Source: Mustelus asterias (taxonomy: Eukaryota). Taken from it: a DNA stretch of 64,000 bases. The notes below the pieces were generated by a model. That model had not been told where the DNA came from and did no database searches. It was given only the letters and a program-made list of their open reading frames with translations. Made by a program: the position numbers and the translations under genes. The DNA is taken from the NCBI RefSeq assembly GCF_964213995.1, contig NC_135810.1, positions 86,056,001 to 86,120,000 of the forward strand, read 5' to 3'. Shown in pieces: positions 61,752-64,000 of the stretch; position 1 is the stretch's first letter, and every line of letters starts with the position of its first letter.

Positions 61752-64000
61752 AACTGGTTTTGAACTGGTTTAGGGCCAAGGTACCAGAAAAGGTCAGAAT
61801 TGAAGGAACTTAGAGATCTTAAAGGATTGTTGGGGTGGAGGAGGTTACAGAAATAGAGAGTGGAAAAGCCATTGTCAGATCACATTCATGAAATACTAAA
61901 AATATTATTCAAAGTACGTTATCATAAACAGGGGACAACTCAGTCTTGCAAGAATTCTCTGAACAAGTTCTTAATTAAATCACTTAGGGCTGAAAATTCA
62001 AATAAGAATCTGAACAGGCATGATGTGTAATTATCACATGCCTGGTCTAGTTGAGGCAGGCAGCATGCAAACTGTGTGTAGCCTGCTCAACACGAGTGTG
62101 GTGCCCAGCACAAAATACACTGCTGACTGGCTGTACATTCAGCAGGAGGCCCAGGGGAATGTGTGGCTAGCATGATATGCTGATGGCTTGTATTTCTTAA
62201 AGGTAGCCATCATCTCTTTAAAGCGGGGGGTGGGAGGTGGGGGGGAGGGGGGGGGGGTGTGCGGGCGGTGTTGTAGTTGTATACAGGCCCAGTCCCATGG
62301 AGATGACATTAAATAGCACTGGTGGTGGTGGGAGGTGGGGAAGCATGGATAAGGTCCCTCCTGCAGCTGAAAATATGTTCAGCTGTGCATGTTTAAGGGA
62401 GGCCATTAAAGGGAGCTGCCGGGCTCAAAATGGCAGGTCAGGCAGCAAATCAGCATCAGACGCTAAGTGAGGCTACACTCTGCTGACTCTGCATGGTCAT
62501 GTGAGGCACACCCACACTCGTGCCCTTCTGAACATTGCCTGCCACATGGGTCACAAGTGCCATGCTTCACTGGTGTCAGCGTCACATCAGCAATGGTATG
62601 GAGCTGTATTTTGCAGCCTATTCGAAAAGTGTCTAATTGCAGATCCCATTAAAAACAACCAGCACAGCACTGAAAACGGCCACCAACTAAACGCCTGCTG
62701 CCTAAAATTTCTATCGTGCCTTTCTGTACAACGTAAAGAGTAAGTTAAATTATGGAGACTTAACCAATGATTTATTTTCCCAATTATGCTGGCTTGCTGC
62801 ATTAGTCTATCAGGAATGAAAGTTAAAATCAGCAGAAAACTCTCAATAATGCAAAAGAAGGTAAATCGGATGAATCCCAAAGGGGCCAAGTCTTGAACAA
62901 AATATATGACTTTGAGGAAGGTAAATACTTTCAATTCAAAGCACTTTTGCATTTCCCATCAAAGTAAGTCGCAGTTGATTTAAGAAATATGGTGGAACAC
63001 TTTTTTGTTGCATTGTTCACTCACATATACGCAGAGAGTCGACAGGGCTGATAGTCACCACTGAACTATTCCATTTAATTTATGTGGATAGGCAGCTCTT
63101 TTGTTCCTTATTGTCAATCTGAAGCCCGTGAGTTATTTTAAGGTTTGGGACTGGCTGACTAAAGTTCTTGCTTTTAACACCAAATTCATCTTAGCGGAGC
63201 CTTTGTTCTCAAATAAGCAAAATGCCTTCCAGATTTCGTAAAGATCCCCCCCCCCCCCTTCACACTTTGCCACAGTTTTCTGCAAATTTCGGTTGTGTTC
63301 GGCTCGTAAGTGCCTTCCCTACTGTGCTGGCATGACATTTCTGCTTTGCGCAGACTTCTCTGGGGCCTCCAAAGTGAGCCTGTCAAATTATAGTCTGCAC
63401 TCGTTCCATTGCAAGGATGGAATGAGAGAGCCAGCAATAAACTTCACTTTAGACCCACACCAGCTGTCAGAAAGGGATGAGATGTTCATCCTCTCTGTTT
63501 GGGCTGGATTTAAATTCAGTTCCCAAAGGCAAAAAAGGACAGTGGCTGATGCACTGTTTCACTCAAGTCTGCCTCAGCCATGCCAAGTACTAATGAACCT
63601 CTGCCTCCGTCTCTGCTGAAAAAAAAATGTAATTTATGCCTCATTCCTTACAAATTTATCTTCAGCGAAACACGCCGGGAATTCAAGCTTCACAAAAACT
63701 GGAAAAGAAATGAGCCTCTTGTACTTTACGAGGGGCACATCACAAAGCGCGTGGTTCTCTGAAGGATCCAATGGCGAGAAACAGGTTAGTGTGAACTCTC
63801 GGGATTACACATACGATTAGGTAACCTTGGATTAAAGTAGCAGTTGGAAAATCGCCACTGTATCGTTGCAGCAACCAACACTTGGGAGCTGCGTTATTAT
63901 AATGTCCACTTTCATAAACTGATTTAAAAAAAATAAAGGTAACTTGAACACTGAAGTCAAGGCTTACAGTCAAAATATATACAAAGCCCGTGTAAAGCAA

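Overview
Eukaryotic, repeat-dense vertebrate DNA, most likely from a shark (inferred from many HE1-type tRNA-headed SINEs, Deu-domain SINEs, CR1 LINEs and Penelope-like elements). The only host gene I can support is the 3' half of MICU2 (mitochondrial calcium uniporter gatekeeper) on the minus strand. It has five GT-AG coding exons (44741-44832, 22763-22931, 18712-18820, 16747-16904, 13237-13341), which join into one open frame, and a probable poly(A) signal at 12208-12213. The rest is mostly nested mobile DNA: CR1, Vingi, L2 and Rex1/Babar LINE pieces, Penelope fragments with minimal hammerhead ribozymes, PIF/Harbinger-type MITEs and a transposase remnant, a pogo remnant and solo LTRs. The most unusual observations are: (1) two independent ~200-bp Penelope-derived fold-back insertions with long TSDs, one placing a hammerhead core just past the MICU2 poly(A) site; (2) a Penelope insertion that captured a ~300-bp copy of neighbouring DNA; (3) a head-to-head G/C-run minisatellite next to the last MICU2 acceptor; (4) HE1-like SINEs with two alternative tails, one resembling the Rex1/Babar 3' end. 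Family assignments come from recalled motifs, not from database searches.
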